Of a stretch of DNA of 64,000 nt, positions 17,447 to 26,799 are shown one piece after another. The stretch covers positions 4,080 to 68,079 of the IMG/VR virus record IMGVR_UViG_3300009082_000021; one strand, given 5' to 3'. The stretch comes from a virus. Both the position numbers and the translations under genes were made by a program. Under the pieces are notes generated by a model. It saw only the letters and a program-made list of their open reading frames with translations, was not told where the DNA came from and made no database searches. Every line of letters starts with the position of its first letter. The stretch's first letter is position 1.

Positions 17447-17691
17447 TGACCTACCTCAATACCAAGGAGGAGCTCGAGCGTTTCTTCGCCGGCCAGAAGG
17501 CGCGGGGAGAGATCATCGACTACTGCTTCGACAAGAGGTTCAACGGATTCTGGGTGGAGCCGAAGATCTACAACTACAGCTCCCAGTTCGCCCAGGCCGC
17601 CGGCTACGTCAGCAAGGACATCTGGTGGCCGAAGGAGATCTCTCATGAACGAGCAGAACAAGGAGAAGAAGAGGAAGTACCTAGCGGATAA
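17446..17691 (+). CDS. Hypothetical protein
   Basis: SD AGGAGG. Confidence 0.7.
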   Translation: MTYLNTKEELERFFAGQKARGEIIDYCFDKRFNGFWVEPKIYNYSSQFAQAAGYVSKDIWWPKEISHERAEQGEEEEVPSG

Positions 17692-17920
17692 GCGCCACGC
17701 GGAAGTCATGCCCATGATCAACTGTCTGGAGTGTGAGCACTGTCAATACCGGCGGCAACTCGATGCTGCCACGACAGGGGTCTGGTGGTGTGGGCACCCA
17801 GACGCAGAGTCGCTGCGAGGACGGGCTCTACTTGAGAGCGTGGGGCCAGAGTCCATGGACTTCATCAACGCCCCCGCCCAATGCCCGCTTCGCATGGGGG
17901 TAGTCTGGAGGAAGACATGA
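17645..17920 (+). CDS. Cys-rich hypothetical protein
   Basis: CLECEHC...WCGHP...P..CPL. Confidence 0.7.
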   Translation: MNEQNKEKKRKYLADKRHAEVMPMINCLECEHCQYRRQLDAATTGVWWCGHPDAESLRGRALLESVGPESMDFINAPAQCPLRMGVVWRKT

Positions 17921-18105
17921 CCAAGCGCGAAGCACTCGCTCGGTTCAAGAAGGAAGTCCTGCCGGGGATCAAGCAGCAGTACGAGAAGGATGGCGTCCCA
18001 GACATCCCAGCTCGCTGCGAGGCATGGAACGACTGGACGGATGGACTGATGAAGAACAAGGAGATCTCCCTCCGCCAGTACGAGGGCTGGGAGAATCCCT
18101 TCTAG
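17917..18105 (+). CDS. Hypothetical protein
   Basis: SD GGAGG; EAWNDWTDGL motif. Confidence 0.75.
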   Translation: MTKREALARFKKEVLPGIKQQYEKDGVPDIPARCEAWNDWTDGLMKNKEISLRQYEGWENPF

Positions 18106-18113
18106 GAGGTAGG

Positions 18114-18416
18114 ATGGACAACCGGAAGCACCTAGATCAATGCGACTTCTGCGAAGGGGCCATCCTCCCGGACGAAGCCAGCACCTGCCATAACCCCGCC
18201 TGCCCCGGCAAGCTCACCAAGGAGGAGCTGGCCCTCCTGAAGAACGCTCGACTCTGCCTCCATGTCTCTGCCGTCTTCCACCGGCCCGAGTATCGTTCTC
18301 TCAGGGAGAAGGGGCTAATCGATCTCGAGGATCAGGGACGGGTCTGGTGGAAGCCTTCCTACTACGTCGTGCGAACCCAAGCGGGCAAAGACCTGCTGGC
18401 GAGGCTAAAGAAATGA
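18114..18416 (+). CDS. Hypothetical protein (Zn finger + wHTH-like tail)
   Basis: SD AGGAGG; CDFC...CHNPAC; LREKGLI. Confidence 0.7.
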   Translation: MDNRKHLDQCDFCEGAILPDEASTCHNPACPGKLTKEELALLKNARLCLHVSAVFHRPEYRSLREKGLIDLEDQGRVWWKPSYYVVRTQAGKDLLARLKK

Positions 18417-18781
18417 TCATGAAAGTCAAGCCCTGCATCGGCTGTGGCTACTGCTGTACGACCGCAACCTGTGTCCTGGGCATGCTGCGGTATGGAGCTG
18501 ATCGCCCATGCCCAGAACTTCAGTTTGACGGAAGGAGATTCTGGTGCACTCTAATCACCGGGGCGGTTGCCCCAGAGAAACAACGGCTCTCGAGCGAGCT
18601 CGCCATCGGGGCGGGCTGTTCGAGCAGCCTGTTCAACACCCAGAGAGAAGCGTGCGAGAGGGGGAAGCTGGGGGAGTATCTCCAGGCCCAGCGTTCCTCA
18701 TCGCCTTCGTTCGATCTCTTCTGGGGACACTCACCTCCGACCAAGTCTTCCTCGCCGTTGGACGGGCAGCGAAAGAAGTAG
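18413..18781 (+). CDS. YkgJ-like Cys-cluster protein, possibly frameshifted
   Basis: CIGCGYCC...C...CPEL...C. Confidence 0.7.
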   Translation: MIMKVKPCIGCGYCCTTATCVLGMLRYGADRPCPELQFDGRRFWCTLITGAVAPEKQRLSSELAIGAGCSSSLFNTQREACERGKLGEYLQAQRSSSPSFDLFWGHSPPTKSSSPLDGQRKK

Positions 18782-18869
18782 GTCTACCACGCGAGATGGC
18801 CGAGCTCGCTCTCTCCAGCCTCCTCGGCTTCAAAGACCGCAACAACATCTGGCCGAAGGACTTCATGCC

Positions 18870-19106
18870 ATGAGCAAACGAAAGACCGTTTGGTTCGCTC
18901 GAGGCGGTGGCCTCGCCAAGAGTGGGCCATACAAAACTCAGATTGAGGCAGTCAACGCCATGCGCCTAGTGAAGAGAGAAGCCGACACGAAGATCGTGGG
19001 CGACTTCCGGGACGGTAAGGCTGATATCAAGCTGGTGCATATCCCAGCGCAAAGGGCTGAATTCCCCGACGACGTGTTCGTGTGGCCAGAGGAGATCGAG
19101 AAATGA
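18870..19106 (+). CDS. Hypothetical protein
   Basis: Start MSKRKTVW; overlap packing. Confidence 0.7.
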   Translation: MSKRKTVWFARGGGLAKSGPYKTQIEAVNAMRLVKREADTKIVGDFRDGKADIKLVHIPAQRAEFPDDVFVWPEEIEK

Positions 19107-19282
19107 CTAAGAAGGAGATGATCAAACAGATCGTGGATAACCACGTTGAGGACATCCGAGAGTGGGTGATCCGAGACGAGGCGTCTCTTCGTGCCTGGAT
19201 CAAGGAAGTGCTGAGACTGAGGGAGATGACCAAGGAGCAACTGAAGGGGGAGTTCAGCCTTTACATGGAGGAAGGGCAATGA
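19103..19282 (+). CDS. Hypothetical protein
   Basis: ATGA overlaps. Confidence 0.7.
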   Translation: MTKKEMIKQIVDNHVEDIREWVIRDEASLRAWIKEVLRLREMTKEQLKGEFSLYMEEGQ

Positions 19283-19497
19283 GCTACCGATTAGTGATCT
19301 GCGTCGATGTCGATGCGTCCTCGCTCGAGGAGGCGTATGGCAAGGTCTACGAGGCTATGGGGAAGATCACGGGGGTAGGTACAGGCCTGGACTGGTCGTC
19401 AGATGATGAATGGTACGATCCAGAGGGTAACGCGGGTCTGAGCATGGACCTTGATAACGCAAGGTGGGAGTTCCTCAAGAAGAGGGCACTGCCATGA
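19279..19497 (+). CDS. Hypothetical protein
   Basis: ATGA overlaps. Confidence 0.7.
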   Translation: MSYRLVICVDVDASSLEEAYGKVYEAMGKITGVGTGLDWSSDDEWYDPEGNAGLSMDLDNARWEFLKKRALP

Positions 19498-19718
19498 GAA
19501 CCTGCCACTGCCCGATCTGCGATGGCCCACCTGTGGTCCTTGGCCAGCTTGGTAACCTGCTCTGGATGCGCTGCCGGAACTGCGGGATGGAGTACAGCCT
19601 GAAGCAACTGGCCAGGAAGGCCCTCAAGATCGGCCCCAAGAACGTGCGACGTGTCTCCTCCCAGCCGCTCTGTGAGCGGTGTGGGAGCGGGCCATGCTGC
19701 TGCAAGGAGACCTACTGA
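19494..19718 (+). CDS. Small Zn-ribbon protein
   Basis: CPIC...LGQLG...RCRNCG. Confidence 0.7.
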   Translation: MRTCHCPICDGPPVVLGQLGNLLWMRCRNCGMEYSLKQLARKALKIGPKNVRRVSSQPLCERCGSGPCCCKETY

Positions 19719-19939
19719 TGTTCATCATCACAGCTATACTCATGATCTGCCTCTCTCTCCTCCTGCGCGTCATCGTCACACTACCACTGGCTGTCATTAT
19801 CATGTGGTGCTGGGACGTCTGCATGCCCGCCCTCTTCAATCTCCCCCGCGCCACCTACTGGCAGAGCTTTGCCCTCTGTATGATCGTAGGTCTACTACTT
19901 CATCTCGATGTCACGGTGAGCCGGAAGGAGAAAGAGTGA
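19718..19939 (+). CDS. Small membrane protein
   Basis: Hydrophobic; W...MPALFNLP..TYWQSF. Confidence 0.75.
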   Translation: MFIITAILMICLSLLLRVIVTLPLAVIIMWCWDVCMPALFNLPRATYWQSFALCMIVGLLLHLDVTVSRKEKE

Positions 19940-20343
19940 TGCAGAAGTTGATGGATCAAGTACGAGAGTTCGTGAAGGCTACTGGGCAGAAGATTGGCTC
20001 AGAACCTGGAGATGCCTTCCGAAGGGATGTGAAGCTCGGTCTCCAGCTCATCCACCTCATCCGCGAGGAATTGACCGAGTTTGAAGGTGCTCTTCTCGTG
20101 GAAGATCCTGAGGGCATCCCGGACATCGCTTATGGACTAGGTGACCTTCTCTATGTCATCACCTGGACAGCTCTCGTCTTCGGGTTCCCGATGGTGGCGA
20201 TCATGGACGAGATTCACAGGTCTAACATGACCAAGTTCGGTCGAGGCGTCTTGCGGGATGAGAACGGAAAGGTCGTCAAGCCGCCTGGCTGGGAGAAGCC
20301 GCATATCAAGGCGATCCTACAGGACGCAAAGGAGGAACCATGA
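19939..20343 (+). CDS. MazG-like / PRA-PH nucleoside triphosphate pyrophosphohydrolase
   Basis: VREF...LIREELTEF...GLGDLLYV...EIHRSNMTK...RDENGKVVKP. Confidence 0.88.
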   Translation: MQKLMDQVREFVKATGQKIGSEPGDAFRRDVKLGLQLIHLIREELTEFEGALLVEDPEGIPDIAYGLGDLLYVITWTALVFGFPMVAIMDEIHRSNMTKFGRGVLRDENGKVVKPPGWEKPHIKAILQDAKEEP

Positions 20344-20609
20344 TGCAGATGGTAAATCACAACGTCCACATCTGGTTGGACAAGAGACCTATGCAGGTCG
20401 TGATCATCCACACCAACTTCACCACCGAGATTTACGAGAAGGAGGCGGACGGGACTCTGGGGGAGTTGCTTTTCCAGTCCTACCGCGAGGGGGTGAAGAT
20501 GTGCCCTGCTCTCGGACGGCTCTTCAAGGATGTACCGGGGTATGAGCCAGGCTACGGCTGTCCGATCTGCAAAGGGCTCTCGTATCACCTGCCAGTGGAG
20601 GAACCATGA
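20340..20609 (+). CDS. Hypothetical protein
   Basis: SD AAGGAGG. Confidence 0.7.
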   Translation: MMQMVNHNVHIWLDKRPMQVVIIHTNFTTEIYEKEADGTLGELLFQSYREGVKMCPALGRLFKDVPGYEPGYGCPICKGLSYHLPVEEP

Positions 20610-20857
20610 TCGAGAGATTCATGAAACGGCCGGGAGAGAGCATCCTCCCATCCACGGATGACCCCACGATGCTCCTCATCATGGATGGGGCACCCGATGA
20701 TGTCCGCCTCCCTCAAGAGCTGGGCGGGCATATCGAGAAGGTGACGGACGCCTTCAAGGCGCCCTGCCCTCACTGCCAGGCACCCGTCCGCCACCTCAAG
20801 CTCGAGACAGTCTACGTGGCTGAGTGTGATCAGTTTTACTGGTACAGGAGACGCTGA
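20606..20857 (+). CDS. Hypothetical protein
   Basis: SD GGAGG; CPHC. Confidence 0.7.
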   Translation: MIERFMKRPGESILPSTDDPTMLLIMDGAPDDVRLPQELGGHIEKVTDAFKAPCPHCQAPVRHLKLETVYVAECDQFYWYRRR

Positions 20858-21111
20858 TGGACGATCCAGTCAAGGCTTTCCACGCACACCTTGACGTCTG
20901 CAAGTGGTGTGACGAGCACTGCTTCGAGCTCTGTCCGGAAGGGCAAAAGCTACTGAAGGCCGCAGCCGAAGATCCTCGGATTGTTAAGATCATGGGAGGC
21001 CGTCTTGCTCCGACTCTCAGTGGGCGGTTTTCTTCAGAGCCGCACTACCAGAACATGCCCGTTACCTCACCACTGGCTGAAGAGATCATAAACGCTTTCA
21101 GGAGACGCTGA
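20857..21111 (+). CDS. Hypothetical protein
   Basis: FHAHLDVCKWC...LCPEG. Confidence 0.7.
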   Translation: MDDPVKAFHAHLDVCKWCDEHCFELCPEGQKLLKAAAEDPRIVKIMGGRLAPTLSGRFSSEPHYQNMPVTSPLAEEIINAFRRR

Positions 21112-21320
21112 TGAGCTGGGAGATGCAAGTGCTCGTGAAGGACAAGTGGCGGTCTGTGCACCCCTCCTGTCGAGAGGAACCCTACCGCTACGCAGACCGC
21201 GCCTCGGCAGAGAAGATGCTCAAGATCTGCTACCCAGATCAATGTCGAGACATCCGACTTGGGGGAGAACCTGAAGTGCGGGTGATCGAATCCTCAGAAC
21301 CAACAAATACGGAGACGTGA
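21111..21320 (+). CDS. Hypothetical protein
   Basis: TGATG overlap. Confidence 0.7.
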   Translation: MSWEMQVLVKDKWRSVHPSCREEPYRYADRASAEKMLKICYPDQCRDIRLGGEPEVRVIESSEPTNTET

Positions 21321-21547
21321 TGCCTAGAGTCTTTAGCGACAAGGAAGAGCCCCTGCCGCAGCTCAAGAAGAAGACGTCGGAGGAGAGACTCCGGGAGATT
21401 CGCAAGATAACCAACGAAACGGATAATGCCATCGAGAGTATGAGGACCGACTCGGCGGAAGATCAACTCGACATCCTCCGAGATGCGATGGCTCGGATAA
21501 CGATGGCCCTTGGACCGGCCATTGACCCGAAGAAGAACAGGAGGTGA
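21317..21547 (+). CDS. Hypothetical protein
   Basis: Overlap packing. Confidence 0.65.
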   Translation: MMPRVFSDKEEPLPQLKKKTSEERLREIRKITNETDNAIESMRTDSAEDQLDILRDAMARITMALGPAIDPKKNRR

Positions 21548-22203
21548 ACATGCTGCGGATTCCTCGCCTTCCCTGGAACGAGTTCTTCATGCTCCAGGCT
21601 CACTTGATAGCTACCCGGTCCACCTGCGACCGTGGACCGGAGCTTCTCTTCGACCCCGGACGGCATGGCGTGGGTTGCGTGCTGGAACGCGACCACCGAG
21701 TGATCGCTGGGGGCTACAACGGCTCTCCTCCCGGCCACGTGCACTGTGATGAGATCCGGTGTGTCTCTCGGAGGGATGGGTTCGAAGCTGCAACTGGGTA
21801 CGGATGCCCTGACGACCGGGCTGGGTGTGGCTGGAAGAAGGATGGCCCAGTGTTGATCGATGGTGTACTTCCTACCATGCGGTGTCCCCAGTGTAGTGGG
21901 GAAGTGGAGGGAGGACATCTCATGGTGGAGGGTCATTGCCGGAGGACGATCCATTCGGAAGCCAATGCCCTGCTCCAGTGTGCCTTGGATGGAACGAGCC
22001 CGGAAGGAACAACCCTCTATACTACCGCCAGTCCGTGTCATGACTGCGCCAAGCTCATCATCCGGGCAAAGATCTCTAAGGTCATCTGGGGCTCTGCCTA
22101 TCAGTCCAGGTACGGTCTCTCCGATGATGTCCAGAAGATGCTCACACGAGCGGGGATAGAGACGAGCTGCCTCGCCATGCGGAGAGAGGAGCTGGAGAGA
22201 TGA
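21544..22203 (+). CDS. dCMP deaminase (ComEB family)
   Basis: ATRSTC, GYNGSPPG, HSEANA, SPCHDCAK. Confidence 0.93.
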   Translation: MNMLRIPRLPWNEFFMLQAHLIATRSTCDRGPELLFDPGRHGVGCVLERDHRVIAGGYNGSPPGHVHCDEIRCVSRRDGFEAATGYGCPDDRAGCGWKKDGPVLIDGVLPTMRCPQCSGEVEGGHLMVEGHCRRTIHSEANALLQCALDGTSPEGTTLYTTASPCHDCAKLIIRAKISKVIWGSAYQSRYGLSDDVQKMLTRAGIETSCLAMRREELER

Positions 22204-22388
22204 AACTCTGCGTCGTCTGCATGGAACGCCCACGCTCAGGTTCCGTCTTCTGTGAAGCGTGTCGGAAGAGTTGGGAGCAAGACGCGGAGAAGGATGAGAC
22301 CTTGGCGGCTGCCATCATCTGGACCGCCAAGCGGGCGCGCAAGTTCGAGAGAGCCCGGAAGGAGAGGAAGCGATGCCAGAGGCAATGA
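22200..22388 (+). CDS. Small Zn-finger protein
   Basis: CVVC...FCEAC. Confidence 0.7.
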   Translation: MKLCVVCMERPRSGSVFCEACRKSWEQDAEKDETLAAAIIWTAKRARKFERARKERKRCQRQ

Positions 22389-22717
22389 ATTGGGATGACG
22401 ACCTTATTCAGTTCTCTCGTCTCCTCTGTGAAATCACAGCGGCACTGGATGAGAGCCAGATGAAATCACTCATCAAAGATCTCAGTTCTTCGATGGACCT
22501 GAGCCACGATGACGTGAATGCCCTATTCGACAGAGCCGAGAAAACGTGGGAGGGGATCAAGACAAAAGCAGGCTGCACCGCGATAGACACGGTCAAGCTG
22601 ATGGGGTGCTCGTTGGAGAATCTCGAGCGTCTGGGACGGCTAGAACGGTACAAGAACATGACCCCCGAAGAGATTGAGAAGCTGGACTGGGAGGTCGAGG
22701 AAGAGGACCCGAGGTGA
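22373..22717 (+). CDS. Hypothetical protein
   Basis: WDDDLIQFSRLLCEI...SMDL...LFDRA. Confidence 0.7.
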   Translation: MPEAMNWDDDLIQFSRLLCEITAALDESQMKSLIKDLSSSMDLSHDDVNALFDRAEKTWEGIKTKAGCTAIDTVKLMGCSLENLERLGRLERYKNMTPEEIEKLDWEVEEEDPR

Positions 22718-22815
22718 AACGATGAACGACCTGAAACTTCCCCTCGATCATCCGCTGCGTGGGTTCCCGGATGACTTCAAGCTCTACCTCTTGGAAGAAA
22801 GACAGGGGCGAAACA

Positions 22816-23055
22816 ATGATCACCAATGACTGGCTCAGGTTGCACATCAAGAAGGCCAATGAGGATGGTGCGGGCATCATAGCTAGCGGTGATGGCAGAA
22901 TCGAGTGGCGCCACCACATGGCCACGGTGGATGAGTGTCCTGGTGGGGTTATCGTAGCCTTCGATAACAAGACTGTCACCGTCTGCACCGAGGAGCAGCT
23001 CAGTCAGGTGCTTCTTGTTATCGGGCGGGAACTCGTAACTGAGGTGGATCGATGA
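22816..23055 (+). CDS. Hypothetical protein
   Basis: Start MITNDW. Confidence 0.6.
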   Translation: MITNDWLRLHIKKANEDGAGIIASGDGRIEWRHHMATVDECPGGVIVAFDNKTVTVCTEEQLSQVLLVIGRELVTEVDR

Positions 23056-23261
23056 CCTTTCAGAGACAAGCTACTGAGAGTCGGGAGGAGTGCCAATTCC
23101 AACTGTGGTGGAAGCAGGACCACTCAAACTGCCGATACAGATTCCGGCCAGATCAAAGGTCAACGCTGTCGCGTACGTTCCTCTGTAGCCGGTCGTTTAG
23201 GGCGCACCGCTGCTTGAATAGACTCTGTCCCCTACGCTTGGACAAAAGAGGACGAAGATGA
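23052..23261 (+). CDS. Hypothetical protein
   Basis: ATGA overlaps. Confidence 0.55.
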   Translation: MTFQRQATESREECQFQLWWKQDHSNCRYRFRPDQRSTLSRTFLCSRSFRAHRCLNRLCPLRLDKRGRR

Positions 23262-23536
23262 GAGTTGGATCGAAACTACAGTTTGAAGTCCCGGACAAAT
23301 GCCCACCAACTTGCGCCTACCGCCACGACATCCGCAACTTCGGACAGAACGCCATCTGTCGCTACTGTCCCATCTTCGCATGCTTTCCCTTCCCAGCTCC
23401 CGAGGGGGAGGACACCATCTGCATGGTCGAGCCAGAGGAGATGCGGGATGACTGGGCGGAGGAGTGGATGAGGTACTTCAAGGATGGAACACCACCCACA
23501 TTGCGGTTTGAGATCGCTAAGAAGGAGGAAGCATGA
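23258..23536 (+). CDS. Cys-rich hypothetical protein
   Basis: ATGA overlaps. Confidence 0.65.
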   Translation: MRVGSKLQFEVPDKCPPTCAYRHDIRNFGQNAICRYCPIFACFPFPAPEGEDTICMVEPEEMRDDWAEEWMRYFKDGTPPTLRFEIAKKEEA

Positions 23537-23676
23537 AGACCGACATTGAAAAGAAGATCGAAAAGCTTGAGCAGAATCCCAAGATCTTCGCCTATGGGTA
23601 TGACCTGGAAGAGGCCCTCAAACGGGTGGAGGTGAAGATCTACGACCAAAGGCGATACGCTGGTGAGAAGGGGTGA
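23533..23676 (+). CDS. Small hypothetical protein (47 aa)
   Basis: SD AAGGAGG; MKTDIEKKIEKL; below the ORF-track cutoff. Confidence 0.6.
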   Translation: MKTDIEKKIEKLEQNPKIFAYGYDLEEALKRVEVKIYDQRRYAGEKG

Positions 23677-23680
23677 CTTG

Positions 23681-24061
23681 ATGTGTACCATCATCAACGA
23701 GAACGGGGTCAAGATCTCTTACGATCTCGTCCGGCAAGCCATGAAGAACGAGCCCTATCCCATGACCGTGGTAGGCGAGGACATCGATTCGGTGATGGGG
23801 GCAGTGAACCAGGGGATCGATGCCCACCTGGAAGCGTGCTTCGTCCCGGACAGGGGAGACCGCTACGAGCATGGAGATCGGCGGGTGAAGGACATGATCA
23901 TAACTCGCACCCTCAAGTGCAAGGTCTCCGAGGAGTCTCTCCCCATCCTCATTCGCCGGCTGTTCGAGGCGGAGGACGAGAACTCCAACAACCTGGCTTC
24001 CAACATCCTCTCCAGCATCGACATCGAGGATGATGGGAAGTGGGAACCGGAGGAAACATGA
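23681..24061 (+). CDS. Hypothetical protein
   Basis: AVNQGIDAHLEAC motif. Confidence 0.75.
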   Translation: MCTIINENGVKISYDLVRQAMKNEPYPMTVVGEDIDSVMGAVNQGIDAHLEACFVPDRGDRYEHGDRRVKDMIITRTLKCKVSEESLPILIRRLFEAEDENSNNLASNILSSIDIEDDGKWEPEET

Positions 24062-24399
24062 AACACGAAGCCACACTCCAAGTCCCTGCATGTTGGAAGG
24101 AGCTCATCAAGGTCGAGTTTCCGGAAGATCTGGTAGGGATCACTTCCGAGAAGCAGTGTACTGGAATTGACGATCCCAAACCACACTACGATGATGATCG
24201 TTGTGTCCACTTTGCCTTCTCAGATGGGATGGTCTTCGCATTGAGTCTCCTGAGTGGGCAGCACAACTACTACGGGAAGTTCTGGTGGGCGAAGAAGCTA
24301 TCCTCCTTCCAGCTACAAGAGATGGAGACGTTCGACTCCGAGTACCACTACTTCTGCTTCGGGGATGAGTACCACGTCAAGATCAACTGGATTCCCTAA
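24058..24399 (+). CDS. Hypothetical protein
   Basis: SD GGAGG. Confidence 0.7.
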   Translation: MKHEATLQVPACWKELIKVEFPEDLVGITSEKQCTGIDDPKPHYDDDRCVHFAFSDGMVFALSLLSGQHNYYGKFWWAKKLSSFQLQEMETFDSEYHYFCFGDEYHVKINWIP

Positions 24400-24404
24400 A
24401 CCTC

Positions 24405-24815
24405 ATGGCGGACCATTGGAGGAAAAGAATGATCAGAGAGTTACGCACCGAACCTCTACCCGGACACATCGTCCACATCGCTCAACAAGACCCCTTCACC
24501 ATCCTCCTCAAGGCCTATGTCAGGGCGGCGTGGGAGTTGCCAACTCAAAAGCAGCTCGAGGATGTCGCCGCCCAGAGGCTCCTCTCTCTTCCCCACCTGG
24601 ACGAGGGGGCAGATTGGGACGTGTCCTCTGTCATCATCCCCGACCAGGAGTCCCTCAAGAGCCTGCTCGAGCTAGCCATCCAGGTGAAGGGTCGGATGGA
24701 CGACGTCTTTGCTGTGGTCGCAGGGGATACGGAAGAGTTCGTACGAAAGGCCCAGGACGCCCTCTTCGTTCTCATCGAGAGCATGAAGGAGGTGCTCGGG
24801 CTGGAGGAAGCATGA
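24405..24815 (+). CDS. Hypothetical protein
   Basis: Operon packing. Confidence 0.7.
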   Translation: MADHWRKRMIRELRTEPLPGHIVHIAQQDPFTILLKAYVRAAWELPTQKQLEDVAAQRLLSLPHLDEGADWDVSSVIIPDQESLKSLLELAIQVKGRMDDVFAVVAGDTEEFVRKAQDALFVLIESMKEVLGLEEA

Positions 24816-25111
24816 AACTTCAGATACAAGATCCGGACAGCCCCATCCAGTTTGATAAGGAGATCGATGACGGTATGACGATTCACCTCAGTGGATTTGA
24901 AGGGGCGGAAGATGTGGAGTTCGTAATCCACGAGGAGGACGTGGGTATCGTCATCTATAGCAAGCACAAGAACGAGCAGGTGCTGATTAGTCCACAGGAC
25001 GATGGGATGGTGCTATTCCACGTTCTTCGGGAGGGAGGCGAGCGGAATAAGTGGAAGAGGAATCTGAGAGCTCGTAGGCGTCGTTCCCGTCTCTCAAAGG
25101 AGGGGCCATGA
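24812..25111 (+). CDS. Hypothetical protein
   Basis: SD GGAGG, start MKLQIQ. Confidence 0.7.
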   Translation: MKLQIQDPDSPIQFDKEIDDGMTIHLSGFEGAEDVEFVIHEEDVGIVIYSKHKNEQVLISPQDDGMVLFHVLREGGERNKWKRNLRARRRRSRLSKEGP

Positions 25112-25479
25112 GGGTTTCTCGAAGACCCTGTGTGAGCTGCGGCGTCCAAGTTCCTGAGACTCAAGCCCCACCCTATCCCGACCACAAAGCTAGTTGCACC
25201 TTGGTGAAGACCTGGAGGAGATCACTCTGCACCCAAGTGATTGAAACCAAGGTCCCAGGTTGGGGTACTGTCCGGCATTTGAAGGTGTGGCGAGAGAACG
25301 GGAAGGACGGCATCACCTGGGATGAACTCCAAGTGCTGAAGAACGAACGGCTTGGCCGAAATACGAGGGCCATCGAGGTCTACCCAGACCAGGAAGACCT
25401 CGTGAACTCAACCAACATGCGCCACTTGTGGGAAGTTCCCCCTGGCGTACCTCTGCCGAACTTGGCGGAGAGGGGGTGA
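25108..25479 (+). CDS. Conserved phage hypothetical protein
   Basis: HL.V...TWDELQ.LKNE..G...AIEVYP...LVN..NMRHLW motif. Confidence 0.8.
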   Translation: MRVSRRPCVSCGVQVPETQAPPYPDHKASCTLVKTWRRSLCTQVIETKVPGWGTVRHLKVWRENGKDGITWDELQVLKNERLGRNTRAIEVYPDQEDLVNSTNMRHLWEVPPGVPLPNLAERG

Positions 25480-25490
25480 CGGAGGACCAG

Positions 25491-25937
25491 ATGAAGGAGC
25501 AGACCATCAAGGCCGGGCAGTACTACGCTGCCAAGTACCAGGGGGACAACGGCGACCTGATCGTTGGAAAGGTGAAGAGCGTTCGCACCACTGGGGAAGT
25601 CATCCTAGAGAATCTACTCTCCGGCAAGATTGCCACCAAGAAGGTGAGCGTGCTTCAGGTGCGGAACAAGAGGATCACGAAAGCCCAAGCAGCCGAACTG
25701 GTGGACCTCTACGAACAGAACAGCAAGGCGGAAGTGAGGGCGTTGGCGGTGCGGATGAAGCCTTACGCCAACGGAGAAGAACCAGCCCAGCAGAAGCTGA
25801 AGTTCGACACCGAGAAGGCGGTCAGCGAGCTCGTGGACTCCTACTACAACGATCTCCGCATGTATGCTCAGAGGCGAACGAACCAGTTCATTGTGGCTGT
25901 GGTGAACCTGCTCACGAAGAAGGCGGGACAGGTATGA
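25491..25937 (+). CDS. Hypothetical protein
   Basis: SD GGAGG. Confidence 0.75.
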   Translation: MKEQTIKAGQYYAAKYQGDNGDLIVGKVKSVRTTGEVILENLLSGKIATKKVSVLQVRNKRITKAQAAELVDLYEQNSKAEVRALAVRMKPYANGEEPAQQKLKFDTEKAVSELVDSYYNDLRMYAQRRTNQFIVAVVNLLTKKAGQV

Positions 25938-26143
25938 TCAAGAAGGGCACACCCATCCTCTGCGAGAAGTGTGGGGCCCACATCCTTACGGCCACGGAGG
26001 ATATTCTTCCCCACGCCTACATGGCGTCCAAGCTGTTCACCCTGCCGGACGGAACGCCCCTCCCTTTCCAGGCGCAGATGATCTGTACGGCCTGCAGGCT
26101 GCCCTTCAACACAATCTTCACTGACACCGCCAAGACGGATTGA
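25934..26143 (+). CDS. Small Zn-ribbon protein
   Basis: CEKC...CTAC. Confidence 0.7.
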   Translation: MIKKGTPILCEKCGAHILTATEDILPHAYMASKLFTLPDGTPLPFQAQMICTACRLPFNTIFTDTAKTD

Positions 26144-26152
26144 GGAGGAATC

Positions 26153-26410
26153 ATGAAGTGTGGAGTCGTACCCGGCTCTGCCTTGTCCTTCGGATGGGAG
26201 GCCAAGGTTCAGCTTTTCGCATCCGAGCACGGCATCAAGATCGACAGCAAGGAGAAGTACCAGCAGGTTCGGGAGCTGATGGCACTCATCAAGCAGATCG
26301 ACAAGCTCACTGCCAAGCACGTAGACATCGCCCTCGAACTCGGGTCAGCCCGGCAGAAGAGGGACAAGCTCAAGCTCGCTCTGGACTGGAACAGGAAGGA
26401 AGAACCATGA
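26153..26410 (+). CDS. Hypothetical coiled-coil protein
   Basis: SD GAGGAGG. Confidence 0.7.
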   Translation: MKCGVVPGSALSFGWEAKVQLFASEHGIKIDSKEKYQQVRELMALIKQIDKLTAKHVDIALELGSARQKRDKLKLALDWNRKEEP

Positions 26411-26754
26411 GCCCCACGTTCACCACGACAGGACTCGACTTCTCCGCCCAGGACGTGGATAAGACCATCCAACTGAACGTGTCCTGGTGGCAGCGTTTGA
26501 AGTACCTCTTCCTCCGCCACATCCTCCGCCGGGATGTGGACCCGCCCGGTCTGTTCATCATCACCGAGGTGAAGACCTGGAGCGTGACGATCGAGCCCGC
26601 CTACATCTGTCGAGGTTGCAAGAGAACAGTCCCTTGGAGCATGGGTGCCGCAGATCACCACCCAGAGCTCTGCGATGACTGCTACGCTGCCCTCGACTGC
26701 CCCACCTGCAAAGCCCGCTCAGGATCACCATGCGATGGTGGTCTCCACGGATAG
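26407..26754 (+). CDS. Hypothetical Zn-finger protein
   Basis: CRGC...VPW..GA.D...LCDDC. Confidence 0.7.
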   Translation: MSPTFTTTGLDFSAQDVDKTIQLNVSWWQRLKYLFLRHILRRDVDPPGLFIITEVKTWSVTIEPAYICRGCKRTVPWSMGAADHHPELCDDCYAALDCPTCKARSGSPCDGGLHG

Positions 26755-26762
26755 CCCCACCT

Positions 26763-26790
26763 GAAGAGATCAAAACTTGATCTCTTCTTT
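26763..26790 (+). terminator. Intrinsic terminator ending the early operon
   Basis: GAAGAGATCAA/TTGATCTCTTC + TTT. Confidence 0.8.
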
Positions 26791-26791
26791 A

Positions 26792-26799
26792 GGTATAAG
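26792..26799 (+). promoter_or_regulatory. Phage promoter GGTATAAG driving the non-coding array
   Basis: ATAAGAGCCTTG is identical to the promoter copy at 8668. Confidence 0.65.
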
